From positions 91,388,001 through 91,452,000 of the forward strand of contig NC_043002.1 of the NCBI RefSeq assembly GCF_006345805.1: a stretch of 64,000 nucleotides of DNA. Direction: 5' to 3'. Source of the stretch: Octopus sinensis. Lineage: Eukaryota. The notes beneath the pieces were generated by a model that did not search any database, had not been told where the DNA came from, and saw nothing but the letters and a program-made list of their open reading frames with translations. Shown here in pieces: positions 52,145 to 64,000 of this stretch (position 1 is the first letter of the stretch; each line of letters begins with the position of its first letter). The position numbers and the translations under genes are program-made.

Positions 52145-52415
52145 AAATATTAGGGAATAAATCCAAACTTACAGGGAAAAATTAGATTTAGGATTAAATC
52201 CAATTTTATAGTATAAATATATTATATTATATTAAATTAGAGGTAAAACCACTATTAGGCAAATCAAACAATGAAAAACATAAGCCAATACATAAACTTT
52301 TAATACTTTTGATATATATTTAAAATACTATAAATTAATTAATTTTATGTATTGGCTTATGTATTGGCTTATTGTTTGATTTGCCTAATAGTGGTTTTAT
52401 CTCTAATTTAATATA

Positions 52416-52420
<5 letters not shown>
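52143..52420. repeat. (TA)n-flanked AT-rich repeat with an internal inverted repeat
   Basis: Arms about 52230-52295 and 52345-52412 (ATTAGAGGTAAAACCACTATTAGGCAAATCAAACAAT / ATTGTTTGATTTGCCTAATAGTGGTTTTATCTCTAAT). Confidence 0.8.
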
Positions 52421-52446
<26 letters not shown>

Positions 52447-52796
52447 ATATATCAACAAGATTTTATGAAGTTGCCAGCATGTAATGAAACCATATAGGTA
52501 ACAATTAATACAAAATATATAATTATATGAAAATAATCGTAAGAAGGGCACCATTGAGTAGCGCGCCACATGCTAGAAATAGACACTAAATGGCTCTAAG
52601 AACTACATTATTTACCCCATTAGCATGGGTTGAAAGGGAGGGATGTGAACAAAGAAGATATTTCGCTTTCAACCCGTACTAATGAGGTAAATAACGTAGT
52701 TCTTAGAGCCATTTGGCGTTTTTTTTTCTAGCATGTGGCGCTACTCATTAGTGCACTTATTGTTATCATATTCACATAATTATATATTATATGTGT

Positions 52797-52839
<43 letters not shown>

Positions 52840-53107
52840 TGCGTGTGTTTGTGTGTGTACCTTTGCACAAGCACACTATGACCAAATGGTTAAGACTTGT
52901 GATCGCAACCAAGACGACACAGGATCGATCACAGTGCAGGACAACTTGGACAAAAGTTATGTTCTGTAGCCTTGAATTAACCCGTGCCTTGCGATTCATA
53001 GCAGGCTGTCGGATATTTTATAGTAGCCCGTAAAATCGATGGTGCATGCAATTCAAAAGACACATTCTTGTTGTACTATATCACACTTACTATAAAGGAA
53101 AAGTAAA

Positions 53108-53422
53108 AACGCCCTTCGGTCATGAATGACCATGGGATTGCACCTACAAAGTTCCCTTCCGAGGCACAAATCCGGGCAAATTTCTTTTATGAAAGACCAG
53201 CAGTCGCCCATGCGTACAAGTCTTCCGATGTTATCCTAGGGAAAGCAAAAGTCGATACAGATTGGCACCAGTGGCGTTGCAACTCATTTCTACAGCGAAG
53301 TGAACTGGAGCAACGTGGAATAAAGTGTCTTGCTCAAGATCATAACTCACAGCACGGTCTGGGACTCGAACTCACTACCTTATGATTGTGAGACCGATAC
53401 TCTAACCACTGAGCCATGCACC
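53108..53422 (-). mobile_element. SINE family D, near full length
   Basis: Head GGGTGCATGGCTCAGTGGTTAGAG...GAGTTCGAGTCCC, then CTTGAGCAAGACACTTTATTCCACG (CORE-like). Confidence 0.85.
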
Positions 53423-53559
53423 CCGATTATGCTTGAGAATTAAGATGCGGGTATCATAGCCATATTTATATACTAATTCAGTAAAGCAGGACTGCTGTTG
53501 ATGGAGAAACAAATGAAAGCCCATGGTCGGAAACTGACCGAGATTTATGTATTATTGCC

Positions 53560-53915
53560 AACCACATGGTTCAGGGTTCAGTCCTGGTGGGTGGCACCTT
53601 GGGCAGGTATCCCCTACTAAAGCCTCAGGCTTAGTAAAAACTTATGACTGGATTTGGTAGACGGAAACGGAAAGAAGCCTGTCTTATATATGTGTGTGTT
53701 TGAGAGAGAGAGAGAGAGAGAGAGAGTCTGTCTGTCTGTCTTTGTGCCTGAGTTCCTCCTCCGCCACCGCCTGACACCTGGTGTTGGTGTGTTTGCATCC
53801 CCAGTAACGTAGCGTCTCGGCAAAAAAAGTCAGATAGAATAAGTAGCAGACTTGAAAAAATGTCTTCAAAACGGTGCCCCAGCTTGACCGCAGTCTAATG
53901 ACTGGAACAAATAAA
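53560..53915 (+). mobile_element. SINE family A, degraded
   Basis: Diverged match with internal (GA)n. Confidence 0.75.
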
Positions 53916-54069
53916 AGATAAAAGATAAAAAAACATGTGTGTTTGATTGTATGTGTGAGAGAGAGTGTGTGAGAGAGAAAGAGTGTGAGAAAGAGAGAGT
54001 GTGTGTGTGAGAGAGAGGAGGGAGAGAGGGAGAGAGACATAACCAATAGGTTCTTTCGAAATATGTATG

Positions 54070-55050
54070 AGGTTGTTTGACATTGCTGAGATATACGATC
54101 GTCTATGTTTATATATCCTAGACGCAAAGAAATTTAACAATATAAGCTTTATATAAAGATGATGGTTTAGTAATCACCCAATTCCAACAGATGTACTTTA
54201 GATACCGTCAGAAGAATCTTATTAAAAGCTTCTATTTCAACAGAACATAATCATTACTACTAACTTAAACAGCTTGGATTTCTCAAGTGTTGTGTAACTC
54301 TAGAGGAAAATTATACAAACATTGTAGCAAATGTAATGAAAAATCACATATATTTATCGTAGTTTTTGAAAGCCTTATTAACATCTTTAACAGATGGATA
54401 ACAACATTTCATCAAACATGTTTTTTAATAGCGCAGTCCCTACTGCGATAATGCACTTGAATCCAGTGAGTTTTAAGATAAGATTGCTTAAACACCAAAC
54501 TGCCTACCATTCTAAAGTAGTAAGAAGCACTGTAACGTTATCTAGCTTATCCTTTGCGAAAATATTCCTAGCTTAAGAATTTTCTCATTAATCATAGCCA
54601 TAGCAAATTAGTTAACAGACACAAACATAAACTGAGTTATAATTGTACAACTACTAGGAAAATTCTAATTATAATTACCTCTGAAACTATTAAGGACAAC
54701 TGTGCGTGACGAAATACTAACTGATGCTCACTGAATCTGTCATGTAAAAATGCAGTGGTTATATATGCATGAGACAAAAGTGACCTGCAGAAGCCAAATC
54801 TTGGGTTTGCTTGGAAGCATTTCATAGGTGCATTGACCCATAGCAAAAAAGAATATTACAAATGTTCTAAAAGCACCTGGCAGTTAGAAGAACATGCTAC
54901 GAAATTAGACATCAAGTGAAATATTCATGAGAAACAGATCCTAAGAACAGTAAGGAAAATGCAATTTGTCTACTGCTGAAAAGTGTCTCGCATTTGAAAA
55001 CCTTTCATAATTCTTTTAACAAAATGGATGTTATGTAACCTTAGAAATTA
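54070..55050 (+). mobile_element. very degraded Penelope-like RT/GIY-YIG remnant (YRDDG-type RT)
   Basis: ALYKDDGLV (RT catalytic motif variant), LDF, SSNMFFNSAVP and GKCNL..AEK motifs in the expected order. Confidence 0.55.
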
Positions 55051-55405
55051 TCCTCACTTCTAACTGCATCTCTTAAAAAAACTGCAAGCTATTATCACTC
55101 TCGAACTATAAGGAGTCACACCAATTTTCACTTCTATTTCACAGCATACTATTTATATTTAAACACTACCAAGTAGTTTTCCTCTTCTCAATTTGAACCC
55201 TTCATATTTGATTTATTAAATATGTATATGTGTGCTGAATATGCGCATATGCACACTTATGAGTATGTGCATTTGTGTGCGCGTGTGTATGTGTGTGTTT
55301 GCATGATTTGGCGTTCAGATGCTGTTTTTTTGGTGTGGAAACGATACCAAATTCATTAGGTGAAATTCATTTCGCCAGTACCGATTCCCTGAACTTGTCT
55401 GTCTG

Positions 55406-55464
<59 letters not shown>

Positions 55465-55567
55465 GTCTATCTATCTATCTATCTGTCTGTCTATCTATCT
55501 ATCTATCTATCTTTCTGCCTATGTTTCTTTCTCTCCCTCTCTCCCCTTCTCTCTCCCCTTCTCTCTC

Positions 55568-55618
<51 letters not shown>

Positions 55619-55647
55619 GTGTGTGTGTGTGAGTGCGTGTGCGTGTA

Positions 55648-55830
55648 TCTTGTTTCAGTCATTGGACTGCGGTCATGCAAGGGCACTGCCTTGAAGGATT
55701 TGGTTGAACAAATCAAATACAGCCTAGTACTTATTCTATTGGTTTCTCTGGCCAAAGACGGGGACATAAACACACCAACACCGTTTGTCAAGCGGTGGTA
55801 TGGGACAGATACAAATGCAGATACATAGAC
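55648..55830 (-). mobile_element. SINE family A 3' half, degraded
   Basis: CTTGTTTCAGTCATTGGACTGCGGTCATGC...GGGGACATAAACACACCAACACCG. Confidence 0.7.
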
Positions 55831-58248
55831 GCTGGTCTATGAGATGAACACGAGAAAGGTGAGAGGAAGTTGAATGCAAAAGCTGTAATGAGAAAAGGCG
55901 GAACGAAGAAACGAAATGTGAATAAAAGGAAAAAGAAAAGAAAAAAAACAAGCGTTGCATTCTCTCTCTTCGTCGAAGTTAGAAGTAAAACGGATGGAGT
56001 TCAAATCAGAATTAATATAGTAGGTGTAGAATATTTACCCAGATGCATATATAATTTATTTTAATGGTAGAGTGCTGTCAATACGATGCAAATGATTTTG
56101 AGCATGTTTTTCAATTATTCAATCGTAGTTTGAATAAAAGTGACAACTCCGCCATTTTTAGGTGAAAGTGCAATATGAGATTTCATGAAATCATGAATTA
56201 TATGAAGCAAAGGAACTGGATAAGTAAACGACGAGAATCATCGAAGACAATTAATTGGATTAGTCAAAAACGTCAAATTAAATTATAAAGCTAGCAATTT
56301 CTGGCATAAACTAAGACAATGGAATTTCTCAAAATCCATCAAAACCTTACCAAATATCTTCATTAAATACGATAAGAATAAAAACGTATATGAAACAAAT
56401 ATAGGCACATTCAATAAATTATGTATTGTCAACATTACTAAAACTTATAAGAAGACTGGTCCTTTGAATTATAATGGCATTAATGATTAAGCAAAACACC
56501 TGATCGAAGAAATAAACTTGTGGATAAAGTAGAGATACTTAACCTACAGAGATTGTCGGTGACTTTAAAAGATAAATTTATTTTCATCCATAATCATAGC
56601 TGCAATCTTTAAAATCCTACTAAAAGTGGGACAGGCATTATTGGCAAATCGATACTAGATATAACTATTACTGTTATTTCTCTCTCAATGATCTGATATT
56701 TAGCATTGTTACCATTGAGTGGTTGAAGTTTGTCAATAACAGGTTCCTCTATGATATATTGTTAGGTTTTAGCTTTCAATCTGAAAACGCCTTATTCATA
56801 AATTAAATTTCTCAAAACTGATTTTAAAAATAACTGAAATAATACCGCACAACGGATATGCAATTTCAGATCCCCGAGACCTGTCCTAGGAACAAGAAAT
56901 GTCTTGAGAAGGAACTAGTACATAAAACTGACATCGGATGTATCTAGTACAATACTGAACTTGTAGTGAAATATATAAGGACAAATTTACGCAACACACG
57001 GCTTCATAAAGATGCAGAAACAAATATGATACGACGTCTTTATCGAAATATATATATAGGGAATTCAAAGGACTATGGTGAAGATGATCAGCACATAAAT
57101 TAGAGCATTGTTGCTATAACCTATACTGGATGAGGCGCCAGGTGTAGCCTCTGTGTAAATGAGAAGTTAAATATATTGACATTGTAGGTAAATGTACGTA
57201 AAATAAGTGAGGGATATTCTCTCTCATTTACATACAAAGCACATGAAATTACAAAATTTTAACACATCTCAGTTGCAATCGAACCATGACTCCCAACCAG
57301 CTGACCTGATTTCCTCCCATAAAATGCATAGCAGCACGACAATGAAGTGCACTTTTATACCATATCTACCACCATAATCTAAAATCCTCCATCACAACGC
57401 ATTTATTCTAACGAGTATATATATAAAAATACTACAATGACTCTCTCTTAAATATATAAAACTCACTATAATTACTTACAAGTGGACCACCAGGGTAAGT
57501 TATATTTTTATTGCATCGATTTAATACATTACTTTGATCTATAAAATGATTTTTACAGTATGTACAGGGTATCATGTGCAGGGTATCATATGACACAATT
57601 ACACAGCCATCCTAAATACTACTCTTTAACAATACTGCGCTGGATTGAAAGAAAACATTGTATTTCATTCATATTTTGTATATTTCGCTTTGATTCGTTC
57701 TTTGTACTTTATATAAATGCAAATTGAATCTATTGTAATATCTGCCATATAATATATATTTTAAACTTGTTATATTCATATTAAGAACGAGCAACAAGTG
57801 AACCTGGCAATGACCCAACTACAAATTCCTTCCAGTTTCTACATGTTTTACGATCTCTCCCTTATGCAAGATAATATACTTCATACCCTGACCCAATCTA
57901 CCAATCCACCATATTAAAATTACACTGCGACCACTTAACCATCGCATGATATAATCAATATTCAGTCACACCATATAAATAGCAGACAATTAGGAAACAA
58001 GAGAGTCTTCTCACAGCACTAGCCACAACTTCCACAAAAATTAAGATACAAATGTATGAATATGGGTGTACACATATTTAGGCACACACATACGATTATT
58101 TTCCCCCTCACACATGTATATACGTGTATAAGTATATACATAATTTCATAATGGTCTCGCAGTACTGCAACAGAAGGTGAACGACCGACATAATGGGAAT
58201 TATCTCGAAAAGAACATAGTTTTGTATACCTTGTACTCACATATATCT

Positions 58249-58280
<32 letters not shown>

Positions 58281-59657
58281 TTAAAAATACTCGTATGCAA
58301 CATACTAGCAAGCGATTATTCGTAAACTGAAATATATATTTCATCTCTAATGCTGCAATATAGTATTTTACCAAGTACTCATTGCGCTCAACCTAAACAA
58401 TGGTCTATGAATATGTATCTCAGCACGGCCATTCGAGGAATATAGTAATTGTTTAACCATCTCTTGGTATAATTATGTATTAATTATGTAATTGGTTATC
58501 GATTATCGAGCCGGGAACCCTTCTTGTCAACTGAAAATTCTTCCACGAACATCTTTTTGTATATTACAAGCAAAGCCATCAATACCACAGACTATGAATG
58601 ATTGATTGATTCATTCTATTCACTTAACCATTTCCTTTGTTTTGTATCATTTGTAACCTCAGGAAATCTCGTATTGCGCTCTCTCCTAAAGTATAGCAGA
58701 GTTGACAACATCCATTCAAATAACTGTTGAAGAACTGCCGAACATTCGCATGAAACTATTAGCATCGTCTCCACAGCTCTCTGCTATTCACAGTTATTAT
58801 CTCCCCAGTGTTGAGCACTCATTCATTTAGTTAGTTTCTGAAGTGTATAGATGGAGAGACAGATTCATAGATAAATCACAAAATATACTTAATAAATATT
58901 CTGTAAGCAAAAAGTTGAATTTGTGAAGGTGACTAAGTTCATTCTGCAGTATAGAAAATGAAAGTGTGAGTGGCAAACAGTGTTTTGAAAACTAATTGAA
59001 CACTACAACACAAAGACAAATAAGACAAATACATTTTTAGATGATGTAATTAAGAAATATGTAAATAACAGGCTTAACACATAAAGTATGTCTGGAATGA
59101 CTGATTACGAACTTAAAAGAGTTATACTTAATGATGATATGGGAGGAGCAATACGAACAACTGTCCATTTGATAGGAAGAACAGAAACAACAGTGACATG
59201 AGAACTGTAATGAGTTATTCTGATTGTATATTTGTTAACGAAGAAACTCATACTTATAGCATGAGACACACATGCTTGTGTTTATGCATATTTACGACAG
59301 TTTACACCAGAACCGGCATACACAACGATAAACATTCACGCAATCTCGAAGAGGCAGTTGGGAATCTGTTGACAAGATAAGAACTAAAATCTGTGTTTGT
59401 TCGAAACTTCAGATATTTTCATCTCACGCCACAGAAATTAGCCCTTTGAACCTTAAAATCTTTTATACTTTAATCTGTTATTAATTTCCTTCCTGCCTTG
59501 TACTTTCTCTCTTTACTTGTGTTCTCTGTTCTCAATATCATTTCTTCAATAGCAGCTGATGCTGTTGTTGCCGATGCTGTTGTTGCCGTTGTTGTTGTTG
59601 TTTTACCCCAGATTAGTCTTAAAGGTTTCCCTTAGATTTGTCTTGTTTTTGTACGTA

Positions 59658-59830
59658 CGAGGAGTGCTAAAAAGTTCTGGGTTTTAAGGGTATCGTGAAA
59701 GATCTGGTTGAAGGTGCAACCTTCTGAGTTCTTTTCAGAGCTTAGAAAAACTGAACAACCGCTGCAATAAGTGTGTGAATCTGAGAGGGGAATATGTTGA
59801 ATAAAATCCTAATTGACTGATCTTACTGCA
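59658..59830. mobile_element. mariner-type MITE fragment with transposase C-terminal remnant
   Basis: TA-CGAGGAGTGCTAAAAAGTTC terminus; AATAAGTGTGTGAATCTGAGAGGGGAATATGTTGAATAA = NKCVNLRGEYVE*, like the mariner C-terminus KC....GDYVE. Confidence 0.7.
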
Positions 59831-62800
59831 GATACACAACCAAACTTGAGCAATAATCTCAATCAAATAGAAAATAGTGTCGGTCTAATCCGAGTCACTC
59901 GGCGGCCCTTCCTCGGAAAATGTCTGTTACGACTTACAAACGAAGTTTATAGCTTTGTTACTGAAAGATAAATAAAATATTATTACATTACACGGAACCT
60001 TCCAACATCACTCGATCATTGATAACATTCACTACATCTACAATTCTTCAATGCTTTTATATTAAACTGCGATTGCTTGAGGCTGAATAGAAAATTGTCC
60101 AGTTCACATAATCATCCGTCTCTGAATTGATTTCATTTGATTTCACTTAGAGCCAGAGGTTTATTCCAATGTACTTTTCAGTTCAACACATAATGTATAT
60201 ATTTCATTGAATAATTTCAGTAACTTCCCAGAGATGTTGTAGTAATCACCTTTATATAGGTTTTTAGATTATTTCATAGCTGGAAGTCAAAATATAATTT
60301 CCAAGATTAACTTTCACAATTTGTTTCTTATTTGTTAGATCAGTTTACCATATTAGTTCCATGAAATATTTATGCTGTTACTACACATGAGTAGCTATAA
60401 ACATTTCCAAAAGTAGGACAATGCTAACCATTCTCATCTATTTTCAGTGTGTCACTGGCGCTTATTTTGACAACTTTAGAACATAAGAAAATACAAGAAC
60501 TCTAATATCCTACTGCCATCAAATAACATTCCCTCACAACGATAGGATGTCTACTAAGGCACAATCCCGTATCCGTATCACTCTTTTTGCCTCCAGACAA
60601 TTTTTGAATAAGAAATCTATTGAAATAAAATTAAAAGTGCACTGCTAACTCGAGGTAAAACACAAAATTGACTTATAAAAATTTTATTATGGTAACTAAG
60701 CGAAATATCTTGCCATTGCCAGCAATTAATATATGCGTATCAGTTATCATGGATGTGTTTAATAGATAAATTGGTCTATCTAATAGTGTTACACCACTGA
60801 AACAAGTGGGTATTATTTAAGCAATGAGATCGTGGATAATTGATGGGTTGATTGTGGTGCTGATGAAAGAGCAATAACTCTAGAAATATGCATGTACAAC
60901 CATTATCTATTTTTTCTATCCTTGATCCTTCTGTTTATTTAGACGTATTCGCTTCCTAAACGTCTTAACTTGCAGTGGTAGCTCTGAATTCTATAAATAC
61001 ACTGCATTGCTAACACAATATTGACTTGTAAACCTATAGTATACTTGTTAGTATATTATAGTTGCAAAACGAATAGTGTGTCTTTACCAGCAATCAAATT
61101 TGAAAGTATAGACTTTCTTTAGATTCTCACGCGACCACGAGGAAAATTGTATATGAAATTGTACAGCAATTTTCTCATATTTTTCAAACAATAACTGAGC
61201 TGGCATTTAGGTATAGAGATATACGAGATCATTTGTTTGTGGGGAAGTATAACTAGGATGCACCAGTGTCCTGTCGGCTTAGAAATAATGAGGGTATATG
61301 GCGTGGTAGTATTAGTGAGGTTTACCTTCACCTCACTAAAAAAACTAAGATTTATCTTCAACCAGAGATAAAGGATCGGAATTTATGCTCATGAAGCTCT
61401 AGAAATCCATAACTCCTCAGATCTTGATACCAAGAAATTCGTGATCCACCACTCACGGCATTATTAAAGCTTGATCAATAAATCTCTCTTCTTCGAAGTA
61501 CACAGAATTTATCTTCCTTAGAACCTGCATAAACCATTAAGGTATGAGTTCGATTAGACATACATGAGTGGATACTAGGAAGTAAAGAATATCACATTTC
61601 AGATTTAACGATATCAACAACATCTGTCCATGAAAAGATGTTGGTATTATTCTCTTTAATCTTTTCTTTACTTTTTCCGTACGAATGCATTCAGAAGTAA
61701 TATTTAAATTCAAATTCTAGCTTCGTTTGCAATATTCTTAAACCTCATTTCTTGTCCTGAACTTTTCCACGTTTAATTAGGAATATTATCACCCTCGCAT
61801 CTACGTTTTATCTACTAGTACATTCCTTTTACAAGCAATGCATTTTGCTGTAAAAAAAACCATTAATGAGGCAAGACATTAAAAGTATAAACGGTAAAAC
61901 AAAATTTAATTTTCTTTTTACAAAATGTTCAAAGTATTGTAAAAAAGAAAAAGTAAATTTTATAAATTGATGTAAAGTAAATTATATAAAAATGTCAATG
62001 ATGAATTCCAGACGAAGACGCAAACGCCAAGATAGCAGCAGTAGATGAATTAAATAACGCCGCTCAAAGAGAGGTGAAAGAGGTGCAGCAATTATGAGTC
62101 GAGCAGTTTGAGGCAAAAGAGGTCTGAAAGCGTTCACACATTTTAGAAACTATGAAGACTCACCCTAATTCCCATGGATTAGGCACTAGATTCACTTGAC
62201 GCCAGTCTTATAAAGAAAGCAACAGACGGACAGATAATAGATGCTTTTCATGATATTTTCTTGAATCTTGTAATGATATTTGATAGATTTTGCCCTGTAC
62301 TCTGCTGCTTTTGTCGCATCCAGACATGATGATCTAGAGGTGACTGATAGAAAAACGAGCGGAAGAATAACCACCAGCTCCATCTTCCGCAGGACATTTT
62401 CGTGTAATTCATTTTCATTCATTTGAACAACTTTACCATGTTTATTTATCTCTATATGTTCGATATCATTAGGCTCCGGATTTAATTCCACAACCTATTA
62501 TAAGAAGCTTGAAAATTAAAGTATACCAACGATATTCGTTATTAAAAAATATTGGTGCTTATTTTCATGAGATTAAAAACGCCATTTTGAATATCTAGTT
62601 CATTTATTGTCAATCTTTTTACATTATATTATAAAATTTGTTTTAACATTATATTGTAAAATATAATTATAGTCATAAATAATATTAGATCTGAAGCTCA
62701 TGTCCAAGATTAGTTTACGTGCACCCAAGGAGCACAAAAAAAAAACATGTAAAAGATGAAGACAAGGAAAGAGATTTTATAAAATGTTCGAAAAAAAAAA

Positions 62801-63369
62801 ATTCGGGAATGTTTAGAATAACCAGAAGAATTTATAAAAATTAGCTTATCTAGTCAAAAGTATTAGTAAAATTCTAAGACATAAAAATTTCTTAGAAGAA
62901 AATAATTAAAACAGCTTTTTTTTTGGGGGGGGGGTGAAATAAGTAACAAATTAAAGGAAAATTACTGAGATACCGAACCTATGACTTTATTCATGTATAC
63001 ATATTCAGACAATTGGGAAATACTGTCCGCTAATGTTAGCAATATGTTGGATTTGCAGATATTTAATAAAAGACGCAGTCAGGTACAGAAAGAGAAGAAT
63101 CTGTAGCAAAGAAGTCTTTTTAGAAGCAGCTTGCAACTACAGAGTTTCGGGTTCAGTCACACTGCACAGCACCCTCAGTTGACTGATATCTAGTGAAGTA
63201 ATTTGTATGAAATACCGTATTTTTATCTCTTAAAAAAACAAATGCAAAAGAAAATAAAGAAAGAAATTTGAAGTAAGTGGAAATAAAAAAGAAGTGGTGA
63301 GGTAAAAATTGGAAAAGCTTGGGACAGAATCTTGATCTCTATTAAAAATAAATTTTTGAAAAACAAAAT

Positions 63370-63747
63370 GGAAGCACTCCGTCGGTTACGACGACGAGGG
63401 TTCCGGTTGATCCGAATCAACGGAACAGCCTGCTCGTGAAATTAACGTGTAAGTGGCTGAGCACTCCACAGACACGTGCACCCTTAACGTAGTTCTCGGG
63501 GATATTCAGCGTGACACAGAGAGTGACAAGGCCGGCCCCTTGAAATACAGGTACAACAGAAACAGGAAGTAAGATAAAGTTGTGGTGAAAGAGTACAGCA
63601 GGGATCACCACCACCCCCTGCCGGAGCCTCGTGGAGCTTTAGGTGTTTTCGCTCAATAAACACTCACAACGCCCGGTCTGGGAATCGAAACCGCGATCCT
63701 ATTACCGCGAGTCCGCTGCCCTAACCACTGGGCCATTGCGCCTCCAC
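63370..63747 (-). mobile_element. SINE family C, full length with 12-bp TSD
   Basis: Head GTGGAGGCGCAATGGCCCAGTGGTTAGGG...GGTTTCGATTCCC; TSD GAAAAACAAAAT at 63358-63369 and 63748-63759. Confidence 0.92.
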
Positions 63748-64000
63748 GAAAAACAAAATAATACAAGAAAATGGAGTGGAGAGCGTATCTGACAAATCTA
63801 GGAACTTATTCCACTTTCGAATTGTTTATACTCAGTAATTACTGGTAGAGGCCATCAATACTTTCTTTGGCTACACCTGTTCACTTTGTGTATATATACG
63901 TGTGTGTGAGTGTGTATGTGTGCGTGCCCGTGCGCGCGTGTGTATGTGCAAGTACATAAAGGCGTAATTACAATTTGGTACCCCATCGATCACCCTCGTA

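Noticed and set aside
57485-57502. GGACCACCAGG/GTAAGT, a collagen-like GPPG before a donor site
   Set aside because: Only 12 nt with a poor acceptor; chance is the likely explanation.

Overview
AT-rich eukaryotic genomic DNA made almost entirely of microsatellites ((TA)n, (CA)n, (TATC)n, (TAA)n, (TATG)n) and transposable elements, with one 100-N assembly gap (13581-13680). The mix of tRNA-derived SINEs, Penelope-like elements, R4/Dong-like, RTE, CR1 and L1/Tx1 LINE relics suggests an octopus/cephalopod intron or intergenic region (inference, not verified). I could not support any host protein-coding gene; most entries in the ORF track are microsatellite read-throughs. Identified elements: at least five SINE families (labelled A-E here), four Penelope-like remnants, three R4/Dong-like fragments each bounded by (TAA)n, two non-autonomous Helitron-type elements, mariner-type MITEs and several foldback elements. 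Two observations stand out. (1) A 2.2-kb element at 3723-5946, flanked by a perfect 15-bp TSD, encodes only an L1/Tx1-type ORF1 (CCHC knuckle plus an unrecognised C-terminal domain) and no reverse transcriptase, i.e. a HAL1-like non-autonomous retrotransposon, inserted in the tRNA head of a SINE. (2) A (TA)n-flanked tandem pair of 463/484-bp units at 45693-46664 each carries a 158-bp palindrome whose arms fold as minimal type-I hammerhead ribozymes on both strands, a retrozyme/viroid-like layout that is probably Penelope-derived. All calls come from reading the sequence by eye; coordinates of degraded elements are approximate.
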